The notes under the pieces are model-generated. The model made no database searches. It saw nothing but the letters and a program-made list of their open reading frames with translations, and had not been told where the DNA came from. The position numbers and the translations under genes were made by a program. A stretch of 64,000 bases of DNA from a virus. Taxonomy: Duplodnaviria > Heunggongvirae > Uroviricota > Caudoviricetes. The DNA is taken from the IMG/VR virus record IMGVR_UViG_3300047469_000094; one strand, 5' to 3'. Below are positions 17,327 to 24,749 of the stretch, in pieces; position 1 is the stretch's first letter, and every line of letters starts with the position of its first letter.

Positions 17327-17649
17327 CGGTCGCCCCTATCGTATAGGCTAATAAGTACGGCTGCCTGGCGTATGAGCCTACGAGAGCCACCAAGAGGGTA
17401 GCTATCTATTGATACGTCGTATTGCATCCCGGAGAATGACCTGTCAGGGGTAATGGACCGGTTATCTCTCAGTACTACTGCTTTCAGGGTTCCATATTTA
17501 CGATGGTACGAAGTAATTTGTCTAACACCCGTCCCACCATTACTATTTGGAAACACGTAAAAAACGTTTGTTACATCACCACCTTTATCCAAAAACCTAT
17601 TCAAGAATTTCTGCATTGAAAACCTAGTTTCAATTGCGCGGTACTTCAT
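17323..17649 (-). CDS. small protein, same family (array 1)
   Basis: ...MQKFLNRFLDKGGDV...; probable true start at internal ATG about 17616. Confidence 0.55.
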   Translation of the reverse strand: MKYRAIETRFSMQKFLNRFLDKGGDVTNVFYVFPNSNGGTGVRQITSYHRKYGTLKAVVLRDNRSITPDRSFSGMQYDVSIDSYPLGGSRRLIRQAAVLISLYDRGDR

Positions 17650-17996
17650 TGGAATCTCCTCAAGGTTACAACGACGCTTCTGCCGCGAAAAACCCCCTCA
17701 CCACATACGTCACCCTTCAGAACAGCCTCTACTCCCGCCAAAGCGAAGTTCCTACCTCCGTCTTCCAACCGATTTCCACCGGCAGGGTTCCATGAAAAGA
17801 TAGCACGACTTGTTTGGTAGTAGGATTTCGGCGCACTAGGGGAGGTTATCTTAAAAGTTTGCAATCGATTACGCATAGTCAGAAACTGATCAATTCGGTA
17901 AGAGTGCATTAAGTCAGGGCCCTGGAAAATGATGTTCTGTATCTTCCCCCCTTCCTTAGTAATCCTGTCCAGAAATTCATGGAATAGAATTGTCAT
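17646..17996 (-). CDS. small protein, same family (array 1)
   Basis: MTILFHEFLDRITKEGGKI... Confidence 0.55.
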   Translation of the reverse strand: MTILFHEFLDRITKEGGKIQNIIFQGPDLMHSYRIDQFLTMRNRLQTFKITSPSAPKSYYQTSRAIFSWNPAGGNRLEDGGRNFALAGVEAVLKGDVCGEGVFRGRSVVVTLRRFQ

Positions 17997-18280
17997 ATCC
18001 TCACCATTGATATAAGAGTCCCTTTCCCCACCATGCCCTTATACCGACGTACGGAGAGTACTTCAAATCGTAAAATGGAATACTCGTCCCAGAACAATAG
18101 CTGACTGTCCCTCAGCCTCTCCGCTACTAACGTATCTTGTGATGTCTTGGCGTTAAAGCTCAGAATTTTCTTAGGTTCTGGGAAAGCCTCTGTGCTGTAG
18201 TAGAGGGGATCATTATCAACCGCCTCATACTTGCCACCGGTAAGTCTTTCGAGAAAATCTCCGAATAGAATCATTATCAC
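17993..18280 (-). CDS. small protein, same family (array 1)
   Basis: MIMILFGDFLERLTGGKY... Confidence 0.55.
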   Translation of the reverse strand: MIMILFGDFLERLTGGKYEAVDNDPLYYSTEAFPEPKKILSFNAKTSQDTLVAERLRDSQLLFWDEYSILRFEVLSVRRYKGMVGKGTLISMVRI

Positions 18281-18283
18281 ACC

Positions 18284-18616
18284 TCAGAGTATATCGAATT
18301 CCGGACGACCAAGACCTACCGACACTTGGTCCCTGCGAAGAGTGAGCTTCTTCCTAACACTCAACACCGAAAGGTCTCCGATGTAAGAGCCCTTATCGAA
18401 TCCAAACCGACGAGCACCAGAGTAATGGGTCCCTGGGTATTCCTCCCTCTTTCTGGCAAACTCTTCGATCAGAAACTTGGTATGACTAACGGTTTCGTCA
18501 CTCAGACCCGGATCTGCTGACTCGATCCAGATACTCCCAATGTCTGCACCTCGACTAAACAAGGCCTCCATGAAATCGTAAAACTGCATAAATTTCTCCC
18601 AAAAGAAAACCCGCAC
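18284..18616 (-). CDS. small protein, same family (array 1)
   Basis: ...MQFYDFMEALFSRGADIG...; ORF-track start is GTG 18616, likelier ATG 18589 (GGGAGA RBS). Confidence 0.55.
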   Translation of the reverse strand: MRVFFWEKFMQFYDFMEALFSRGADIGSIWIESADPGLSDETVSHTKFLIEEFARKREEYPGTHYSGARRFGFDKGSYIGDLSVLSVRKKLTLRRDQVSVGLGRPEFDIL

Positions 18617-18632
18617 TAGGCGGGTTCATTTA
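18611..18632 (-). terminator. rho-independent terminator hairpin
   Basis: AACCCGC-ACTA-GCGGGTT hairpin flanked by T/A runs. Confidence 0.45.
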
Positions 18633-18762
18633 CCTGGGAGTGGTCCCAGACTCTTCCAAACTTGTTGTTCTTTACAAAGACGTCTACTCGTATTTTCTTC
18701 TTACCGTACCTGCGAGTAGTTCGACAATCACCGTAAGTTCTCTTAGAACCATAGGGCAGCAT
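18616..18762 (-). CDS. hypothetical small basic protein (~48 aa)
   Basis: Hand-translated MLPYGSKRTYGDCRTTRRYGKKKIRVDVFVKNNKF...; GAGGTG RBS; below ORF-track cutoff. Confidence 0.25.
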   Translation of the reverse strand: MLPYGSKRTYGDCRTTRRYGKKKIRVDVFVKNNKFGRVWDHSQVNEPA

Positions 18763-18770
18763 GGCACACC

Positions 18771-19148
18771 TCAAATCAGTTTACCGAAACTAAGTACCCA
18801 TCTACTGCCCTCCTCGATAGGAGTAACGTAGTGGTACGAATCATCAGCACGGAACAGGAACATCTTCCTCCAAGACCAGATCGTCTTATTGCATACGAAC
18901 TGTCCACCCTTCTTAGCCGAGACCAGTTCTATGTTGAACCGGTACAGCTTCTTGCCTTTAGAAGGGTCTTTGTGTTTGGGGATATACGATCCAGTCTTGT
19001 AGTGGAACAGATAACAATCAAAGCCCAGTCGCTTACTAAAAGCTAGGGTGAAGATTCGATATCCAGTGTCGTGGACATCGCTACCCCAGCGCCATAAACG
19101 AAGTGTGGGCTTGGTGAGCTTGCGGGTCTATACGGATTTAGGATGCAT
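18771..19148 (-). pseudogene. 2OG-Fe(II) oxygenase-like gene interrupted by in-frame amber codon at codon 7 (pseudogene or read-through)
   Basis: ATG 19148 with GGAGA RBS gives MHPKSV-TAG-TRKL..HYKTGSYIPKHKD..SYHYV..RWVLSF..; HxD, H and RxS motifs retained; no alternative start after the TAG. Confidence 0.35.
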
Positions 19149-19245
19149 GGTATTTCTCCTGGGTTGGAACTGGTGGATCTACCCGGACACGATCCGGGAG
19201 CCGTGTCTTTTAGAGGGACTGGCCGACCATCTAGATCCGAAAGAG

Positions 19246-19650
19246 TTACTTGACCAAACGTAGACCTGGTCGTTGCTTAGGTTCTTCAGGTTCTACTACT
19301 CCACCCTCAACCGGCTCCGGTGCCGCAGGGACCGCCTGTGCTACTTCGAACACGACCCCTTGACCTGTCTGCCGGGAGTAGATACCTGCGATAGACCCCA
19401 TAGGGACCCAGAGGTCGTGCAGAACACCCTTGAAGGCGGCAGTGAAGGAGATCTTCTCATTATCCATGACCAGTTCCCGGGTTGCACCCATGGAAATGTT
19501 CAGAACAATCTGCCCGTCGGTATCCTTTTCTTCTGGGACAACTACCCCAGGATAATTCGTATGCACGAGAATGTGTACGTCGTGGTCGTTATCTGCGATC
19601 CACTCGTAGATGCCACGGAGTAGGTACGGACGGCTATCGGTCATGCTCAT
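19246..19650 (-). CDS. sspB: SspB-like ClpXP specificity-enhancing adaptor
   Basis: RPYLLRGIYEWIADN, GQIVLNIS and C-terminal ClpX-binding tail RPGLRLVK, closely paralleling E. coli SspB (RPYLLRAFYEW...GQIVLNI...RPALRVVK). Confidence 0.85.
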   Translation of the reverse strand: MSMTDSRPYLLRGIYEWIADNDHDVHILVHTNYPGVVVPEEKDTDGQIVLNISMGATRELVMDNEKISFTAAFKGVLHDLWVPMGSIAGIYSRQTGQGVVFEVAQAVPAAPEPVEGGVVEPEEPKQRPGLRLVK

Positions 19651-19673
19651 GGATATTATCCTTGTATCAAAAG

Positions 19674-19761
19674 TGGAGGCGGGTCAGGGATTCAAACCCT
19701 GGGGGCCGTTAGACCCGGCTGATTTCAAGTCAGCTACAATCGTTCACTCTGTCAACCCGCC
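19674..19761 (-). tRNA. tRNA-Ser (anticodon TGA), class II with long variable arm, CCA encoded
   Basis: Acceptor GGCGGGT/ACCCGCC, anticodon stem GCTGA/TCAGC loop CTTGAAA, 15-nt variable arm, T-arm CAGGG-TTTGAAT-CCCTG, T+CCA. Confidence 0.85.
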
Positions 19762-19932
19762 GAAAAAGTGACGTTATTTCAAACGTCGAGAGAACATAGT
19801 TGATCAAACTACCGGAGAGGGTCTGCAACAACAGGACTCTGAACCGCCTGCCTGGTAGTACCCGACTTACCGTTGTTCTAACTAGGGACACCGTTTCCGC
19901 AATCGCAGATAAACAACGGTATCATCACTGCT

Positions 19933-20151
19933 TTAGTCGAAGTCTATGATGTCACCGATCACATCAAAGATCCCTTCGACAATCTCACCGAAGTTAGTAG
20001 ACGTCATTACTCGTCTGCTCTCTAACCGCTGTCTTCCTGCTTCTACCTCCGCAGGAGACATCTGAGTTATATCCCATATTAACTTACATTCCTTACAATC
20101 CGCAGTTGGAGCCTGCGTTGCCTCGTAAGTAGGGTGTTTAGAGCACTTCAT
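19933..20151 (-). CDS. hypothetical small Cys-containing protein
   Basis: 72-aa ORF. Confidence 0.45.
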   Translation of the reverse strand: MKCSKHPTYEATQAPTADCKECKLIWDITQMSPAEVEAGRQRLESRRVMTSTNFGEIVEGIFDVIGDIIDFD

Positions 20152-20248
20152 GTGAGTACCTTGATTGGTGGGCCGTAGGTGAATTGAACACCTATCCGAG
20201 ACTTATGAGGTCCACGCATTGAACCACTATGCTAACGGCCCGTAAAGC

Positions 20249-20461
20249 TTAGGCGTTGCCAGTACGACAGGCATCGATCTTCAAATTCTCAACAACGCCA
20301 ATACCTTGGCCGAAGGTCAGACTGCCACAGGTGTTACCGCGAGAATAAACTACGGTGATTACTGATTTAGGATCGTAGCCTACCTGAGATAGGATCATCT
20401 CGTAGGTAAGCTTTTCACCTTCTTCGAATTCATAGTCCTTACAGTTGATCAAAACTTTCAT
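20249..20461 (-). CDS. hypothetical small protein
   Basis: 70-aa ORF. Confidence 0.45.
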   Translation of the reverse strand: MKVLINCKDYEFEEGEKLTYEMILSQVGYDPKSVITVVYSRGNTCGSLTFGQGIGVVENLKIDACRTGNA

Positions 20462-20488
20462 TGCGAGTACCCGTTGAGGATTAGTCCG

Positions 20489-20785
20489 TCAACTGTAATT
20501 CACATGATAGTCATAGTCAATACTCAGCAAGTAATCTTTGTCATTGCCGGTGATGTACTTGAACAGTACCGGTACGTGCGCCTCGATAAGCCGCATCCAC
20601 TTCGAGTCGAATGCAATGCACTCAAGGTCTATGAGTTTGATCCCGACGTGGAAATACCCATCCATGTCTTCCTTCATATCTGCCAAGGCTTGTTCATCAG
20701 TGATGCTTGGTGAGTTGGTGAACACGATCTTAATCGTCTGACCTTCTCCTTGGCCGGAGTAGTCGTATACTAGAACTGATTTCAT
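20489..20785 (-). CDS. hypothetical protein
   Basis: 98-aa ORF. Confidence 0.5.
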   Translation of the reverse strand: MKSVLVYDYSGQGEGQTIKIVFTNSPSITDEQALADMKEDMDGYFHVGIKLIDLECIAFDSKWMRLIEAHVPVLFKYITGNDKDYLLSIDYDYHVNYS

Positions 20786-20985
20786 TCAATGTCCTTTGGC
20801 AAGTATGCCCAGTGACTGTAACAAATACGGTAATCAAGAAGGTGTTCGAGGGTCACAATAGACCATCTTTTTCTGCCCTTTTCCCAAACTACTAAATTAC
20901 CCCAGCGGTCACAGTCCTGCAACCGAGGTAACTCTTCGTCAATCGATGCGGCTATCGGAACTATCTGCATCTTTCCTCCAAACAT
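20782..20985 (-). CDS. hypothetical small protein
   Basis: 67-aa ORF. Confidence 0.4.
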   Translation of the reverse strand: MFGGKMQIVPIAASIDEELPRLQDCDRWGNLVVWEKGRKRWSIVTLEHLLDYRICYSHWAYLPKDIE

Positions 20986-21190
20986 AACTACGATGACGAC
21001 TACGTCCTTTAGCCACGCTGGCTTGTTTGCGTTCCCGTTTACAGCTCTTTGGTGGAACTACGTGTACCCATTCCTTAGGAATCTCCACAATCTTTCCACG
21101 GCGCTTACGGTACGTCTTTCCCTCCACTTTTAGAAACATAGACAAGTCCTTGTTTTGATAGGCAAATAGAAAGGGCCCCGAAGGGCCCAA
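20939..21190 (-). CDS. hypothetical basic protein
   Basis: 83-aa ORF; 5' end overlaps terminator hairpin, true start may be internal. Confidence 0.35.
   Translation of the reverse strand: MGPSGPFLFAYQNKDLSMFLKVEGKTYRKRRGKIVEIPKEWVHVVPPKSCKRERKQASVAKGRSRHRSYVWRKDADSSDSRID
21173..21188 (-). terminator. rho-independent terminator (GGGCCC-UUCG-GGGCCC then UUUCUAUUU on minus strand)
   Basis: Perfect 6-7-bp GC hairpin with UUCG-type loop immediately 3' of tRNA-like element. Confidence 0.5.
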
Positions 21191-21253
21191 TGGCAGGATT
21201 CGAACCTGCGACTCACCAAAGTTGGTGTGCTCTACCAGTTGAGCTACATTCCT
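21186..21253 (-). tRNA. tRNA-like element, non-canonical (clear D-arm and T-arm; aberrant acceptor pairing and 6-bp/short-loop anticodon-like hairpin with TTT); possible pseudo-tRNA
   Basis: Minus strand AGGAATG-TA-GCTCAACTGGTAGAGC-A-CACCAACTTTGGTG..-GCAGGTTCGAATCCTGC-CATTGGG; own promoter (21265) and terminator (21173). Confidence 0.4.
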
Positions 21254-21264
21254 TCTACACAGTC

Positions 21265-21273
21265 CTTATACCA
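21265..21273 (-). promoter_or_regulatory. extended -10-like promoter element (minus strand TGGTATAAG)
   Basis: Located ~12 nt upstream of the 5' end of tRNA-like element. Confidence 0.4.
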
Positions 21274-21829
21274 GGACTTTGTCCCGTACAGGAATACCTG
21301 CGTTGACGTAGATCTCCATGACTTCTTCGACCGTATCGCAGAGCGACTCTTCGAATGTCATAGTGAAGCTCGGGGCCTTGGCAATAAGCTCAGGTCGAGG
21401 GTAATACTTACGGCTCTTCGTATACGGGAACTCGATGTAGCAGGTAGTCTGCTTACCGCCACCCGTGTACGTCCAGCCATCAGGATCAACACCGATATAA
21501 CCTTCGATGTCGTAGGCCTTACCTTCGTCGTCTTTGAACACCGCAGAGTATCGCTTGTTTTGCCACATGGCGGGACCTACTTCACTCCACTCAGAGTCTT
21601 CGCCAGTAAGAGGGGTAAGGTTCTCTTGCAGAGCACACTTCCTAACCAGGTTAAGGAAAGGACCAATACTTCCACCAGAGTGGCCTTGCTCTGAAATGAC
21701 CTGGACGACCTGAAGAACATCTCGGGTCATCATCTTCTGCCATTCTAGGTCAGAAGGGTCTTCAGCTTGTTTTTCAAGAAGCTCAAGCTCGATACGAGCG
21801 AGGCGAACGGAGTTGCTTTCAGTTGACAT
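21266..21829 (-). CDS. hypothetical protein
   Basis: 187-aa ORF. Confidence 0.55.
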   Translation of the reverse strand: MSTESNSVRLARIELELLEKQAEDPSDLEWQKMMTRDVLQVVQVISEQGHSGGSIGPFLNLVRKCALQENLTPLTGEDSEWSEVGPAMWQNKRYSAVFKDDEGKAYDIEGYIGVDPDGWTYTGGGKQTTCYIEFPYTKSRKYYPRPELIAKAPSFTMTFEESLCDTVEEVMEIYVNAGIPVRDKVLV

Positions 21830-22038
21830 ATGAATGCCCTAACTTTTCCATCGGGGGTACAGCGAAACCCGACCCACCACCAATCAGTTCTTACGAACAG
21901 ACGACCTTCGTTAAGGCCAATGGCAATGGGTCGGAACATACGGTTGTTTTGATCCATAGGGATCATTGTGAGTTTCATTGTTCTAACTCGTAGGCTCGTT
22001 GGAAGTCCTTCACAAGAAGAGAAACAAAACCTCTGCAC
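21745..22038 (-). CDS. hypothetical protein
   Basis: 97-aa ORF overlapping neighbours; uncertain. Confidence 0.35.
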   Translation of the reverse strand: MQRFCFSSCEGLPTSLRVRTMKLTMIPMDQNNRMFRPIAIGLNEGRLFVRTDWWWVGFRCTPDGKVRAFICQLKATPFASLVSSLSFLKNKLKTLLT

Positions 22039-22229
22039 TGATCTTGGTACTCAAGGTTGTCAGTGTACAAGTCTACCGATTCCAAGTAAGCGTACTCTTC
22101 ACCGGTTGCTTCTTTTAGTGCGTCCTGCAAAGCTCCGAAGATACTGTCTCCGTCTTTTACTCTGCAGGTACCGAGGTAGCGGTCAGAACTACTCGATATT
22201 GCGTTAAAAGCAAATACTATTTCAGTCAT
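21975..22229 (-). CDS. hypothetical small protein
   Basis: 84-aa ORF. Confidence 0.5.
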   Translation of the reverse strand: MTEIVFAFNAISSSSDRYLGTCRVKDGDSIFGALQDALKEATGEEYAYLESVDLYTDNLEYQDQCRGFVSLLVKDFQRAYELEQ

Positions 22230-22249
22230 GTACTGTGCTCTTAGTTAAA

Positions 22250-22335
22250 TGGCTCCGGGAGCTGGGGTCGAACCAGCAGTGTAATTAAACGCTTGGTTAA
22301 CAGCCAAGTGGGGTTGCCAATTTGCCTATCCCGGA
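22250..22335 (-). tRNA. tRNA-Asn (anticodon GTT)-like, CCA encoded, unusually long (14-nt) variable region and weak D-stem
   Basis: Acceptor TCCGGGA/TCCCGGA, anticodon stem CTTGG/CCAAG loop CTGTTAA, T-arm GCTGG-TTCGACC-CCAGC, G+CCA. Confidence 0.6.
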
Positions 22336-22340
22336 ATATA

Positions 22341-22422
22341 TGGTGGAGAGTAATGGAATCGAACCACTTCTACTTTCGAACAGCGTTTACAGCGCCGCGC
22401 ATTCCCAATCTGCCAACTCTCC
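22341..22422 (-). tRNA. tRNA-Tyr (anticodon GTA), class II, CCA encoded
   Basis: Acceptor GGAGAGT/ACTCTCC, anticodon stem CGGCG/CGCTG loop CTGTAAA, 12-nt variable arm, T-arm AGTGG-TTCGATT-CCATT, A+CCA. Confidence 0.8.
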
Positions 22423-22517
22423 GTAAAACAAAGCAAGAGAAACGTTCGTAGAGGTTTATATCTGTCTCCCTCTCGGATTTACTTCTCAGAGTCCGGCTTT
22501 CACTCTTGCCTTATAAC

Positions 22518-22602
22518 TGGTGCGGAAAGAGAGATTCAAACTCTCACGCCTTTCGGCAAAAGGACCTAAGCCTTTCGTGTCTGTCGATTCCACCATATCC
22601 GC
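22518..22602 (-). tRNA. tRNA-Leu (anticodon TAG), class II, CCA encoded
   Basis: Acceptor GCGGATA/TTTCCGC (one mismatch), anticodon stem AAAGG/CCTTT loop CTTAGGT, V-arm GCC-GAAA-GGC, T-arm GAGAG-TTTGAAT-CTCTC, A+CCA. Confidence 0.75.
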
Positions 22603-22735
22603 ATGGTCCTCCCCAGTAAACTACCGTCTCACCGAACTCTGAGTAAAACCACGTACTATCTCAGAGGGTACCCGTACGCTGCGGTAGTTCACTAGAGCGG
22701 GTGTGAGAGAATATTAACACGCGTTTTCAGTTTGT

Positions 22736-23158
22736 CTAGAAATAAATTCTCATATCGTCATTTTCTTTCTCGGAGTCTGCTGCGATACAAACTTCGGCCA
22801 TGTGGAGAGTCTCGAAGTACCCGACCCAGAACGCAGCGATGGCGAAATCAACTCCATCATCTTTCTCGATGACTACCGTATGCTGCCAAGCGTCTGGCCA
22901 GCTATCCGCATCAAGTGGGCCGTGATACCAGGACTTGTCTGAGATGTCCGAGAGCTCGAACGGTTCATTCTCTCGGTACCATGAAGAGGAGTTAGCCGAG
23001 TTACATTTCTTGTAAGCCGCATAGTGTTCCTGGATACAAACCAAGGCTTTCTTGGCTTGGTCCAAACTCTGCCAGTTCATTCCTACTTCGCGAAACTGTC
23101 GTTCAGAACCGAAGCTATCTCCAGTGGTGTAGTCGATGTTGATGCTATAGGTAGTCAT
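22736..23158 (-). CDS. hypothetical protein
   Basis: 140-aa ORF. Confidence 0.55.
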   Translation of the reverse strand: MTTYSINIDYTTGDSFGSERQFREVGMNWQSLDQAKKALVCIQEHYAAYKKCNSANSSSWYRENEPFELSDISDKSWYHGPLDADSWPDAWQHTVVIEKDDGVDFAIAAFWVGYFETLHMAEVCIAADSEKENDDMRIYF

Positions 23159-23185
23159 TGGATTTCTCCGATTGGGTAAAAGAAA

Positions 23186-23208
23186 ACCCCGGTAGTTAGC
23201 CGGGGTTT
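23186..23208 (-). terminator. rho-independent terminator
   Basis: AACCCCGG-TAGTTAG-CCGGGGTT hairpin with T-rich tail on minus strand. Confidence 0.45.
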
Positions 23209-23264
23209 GATTGTTGCTTAGATGTCTGGCATCTCGTCGAAGAGGCCTGAGTCGATTTCACGTT

Positions 23265-23408
23265 TCAAATCCACTCCTCCTCTCTACCTGCACCGGTGCC
23301 AATTTCTTCGCAGCCGATACCTTCGCCAACACCGGTGCCAATTTCTTGACTGCCGATACCTTCGCCAACACCGATTGGGCCAAAGCCCTCGTACTCTTCA
23401 CGTTTCAT
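23265..23408 (-). CDS. small Gly-rich repeat peptide (47 aa)
   Basis: AGGAGA RBS + ATG; MKREEYEGFGPIGVGEGIGSQEIGTGVGEGIGCEEIGTGAGREEEWI; encoded by a tandem ~35-bp DNA repeat; below ORF-track cutoff. Confidence 0.4.
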   Translation of the reverse strand: MKREEYEGFGPIGVGEGIGSQEIGTGVGEGIGCEEIGTGAGREEEWI

Positions 23409-23438
23409 GCATATCTCCTAATGGGTTGTTAGATGATA

Positions 23439-23696
23439 TTAACAGGTCTCTACGTAACGATCCATGAACAGATGAAGGGCAACCCGAGGACACTCCTCGT
23501 AGTACAACTCGGAGTCAACTACCTCCTTCATGTTGTTCAATAGAAATTGCCCCAACCGCTCGGTCGGGTTCTTGTTTTCGTAGTACTTGTTGATTAACTT
23601 CTGTGCTTCTTCGAGGCTAGCTTTCACAGGGGAACTCACTATCAGGCAGGGAGAACTGCTCACCCATATTTCGGAGTTGAATCGCCAATTCCCCAC
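23439..23696 (-). CDS. hypothetical protein
   Basis: 85-aa ORF. Confidence 0.45.
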   Translation of the reverse strand: MGNWRFNSEIWVSSSPCLIVSSPVKASLEEAQKLINKYYENKNPTERLGQFLLNNMKEVVDSELYYEECPRVALHLFMDRYVETC

Positions 23697-23964
23697 CCTG
23701 CCAACCTTTGTTAGTGTCGTAGGAGATCAACGGGACGTAACCAATCATGCTGATCCGTTCGAACAACCAGTCAGATGAGAACTTCTCGTAGTGACCCTTC
23801 ATCAGGTCACTTATCCTCGGCTGAGTAGTATGCAGGACGGTGGCCAGATCACTTTGGTTAACGTTGTTTGCACCTGCTAGGCCTAAAAGGATCTCACCAA
23901 GAGAACGTCTAAGCGTATCCCGGTGCTTCTCCCCAGTCAGTCTGTCGTACGTAATTATGCTCAT
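23617..23964 (-). CDS. XRE-family helix-turn-helix transcriptional regulator
   Basis: HTH NQSDLATVLHTTQPRISDLMKG; start placed at internal ATG (M12 of TTG-initiated ORF 23617..23997). Confidence 0.7.
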   Translation of the reverse strand: MSIITYDRLTGEKHRDTLRRSLGEILLGLAGANNVNQSDLATVLHTTQPRISDLMKGHYEKFSSDWLFERISMIGYVPLISYDTNKGWQGGELAIQLRNMGEQFSLPDSEFPCES

Positions 23965-24072
23965 TCGCTGTTTACTCGTCGCGGCGGCCCAAACCAACCT
24001 TCGGATTGGATAAGAAGCGGGCAGAGTAACTCCACCCTTTTACATTAATACTAAACAGCTTCTACAACGGTA

Positions 24073-24345
24073 CTACTTGGTTAACTCTTTGTACAAACTA
24101 TCGACCGACGTACCCAGAGCGTTGGCAAACCGACGAAGTACACCGTAGGAGATACGCCAATCACTCGGGGTTTCTACCTTGCGTGGGTTGCAAGTGATGC
24201 CATTGTGCTTAAGCCAGGTACCCACCGTGTAACCACGCAGATGTGGGAGGACCTTAACTTTGAGACGTGCGCTACCCAAAATGTTCAGGTGGAAATGGGG
24301 ATCGATCTTAGTCATTTTTCTATGTCTCAGGGAGTGGAAAAACAA
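24073..24345 (-). CDS. hypothetical protein (possible DNA-binding)
   Basis: 90-aa ORF next to XRE regulator. Confidence 0.45.
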   Translation of the reverse strand: MFFHSLRHRKMTKIDPHFHLNILGSARLKVKVLPHLRGYTVGTWLKHNGITCNPRKVETPSDWRISYGVLRRFANALGTSVDSLYKELTK

Positions 24346-24372
24346 ACGGAGCCGTATAGGCTCCGCACTACT

Positions 24373-24381
24373 GTTATACCA
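24373..24381 (-). promoter_or_regulatory. extended -10-like promoter element (minus strand TGGTATAAC + AGTAGTGCGG)
   Basis: 16-nt motif shared with 8163 and 58306; upstream of 24073..24345. Confidence 0.4.
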
Positions 24382-24401
24382 GTGTTATGAATCTTTGAGG
24401 A

Positions 24402-24749
24402 TCAGAGAACTTTTACAGTTGTATTGAAGTTGTGCCGTAGCAGCTCTGAGTTACTATCTGTGGTGATAGCCCCGTTATCAATCGCCCGCTGGATCAAGGA
24501 CTCCAACGTGGTCCCCAAAGAGTATCGGTTATGGACCCACTCGCCTTCCTCCGCCTTACCGATACCAACGGTCCCGGTGAAAGTCAGACAGAAGTCCAGG
24601 TAAGCAGGTGGAGCAGCCGGTTTCGCAGGTTCAGGGATAACCGACATAGTTGCTGCGATTTCATACTTATCACACAGCTCCCCTACGAAATCAAACATGT
24701 CCTTACCTGAGTCGTCATGGACGTCAGGGACATCAAGTACGATCTTCAT
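24402..24749 (-). CDS. hypothetical protein
   Basis: 115-aa ORF. Confidence 0.5.
   Translation of the reverse strand: MKIVLDVPDVHDDSGKDMFDFVGELCDKYEIAATMSVIPEPAKPAAPPAYLDFCLTFTGTVGIGKAEEGEWVHNRYSLGTTLESLIQRAIDNGAITTDSNSELLRHNFNTTVKVL

Noticed and set aside
18640-19263. Plus-strand ORFs 18640..18831, 18831..19046 and 19048..19263
   Set aside because: They are antisense to the minus-strand oxygenase-like reading frame and the small basic ORF. The local genes, RBSs and terminators are all minus-oriented.
23211-23467. Plus-strand ORFs 23211..23432 and 23222..23467
   Set aside because: They are low-complexity translations of the tandem DNA repeat. The minus strand carries a short gene with a proper RBS and terminator.
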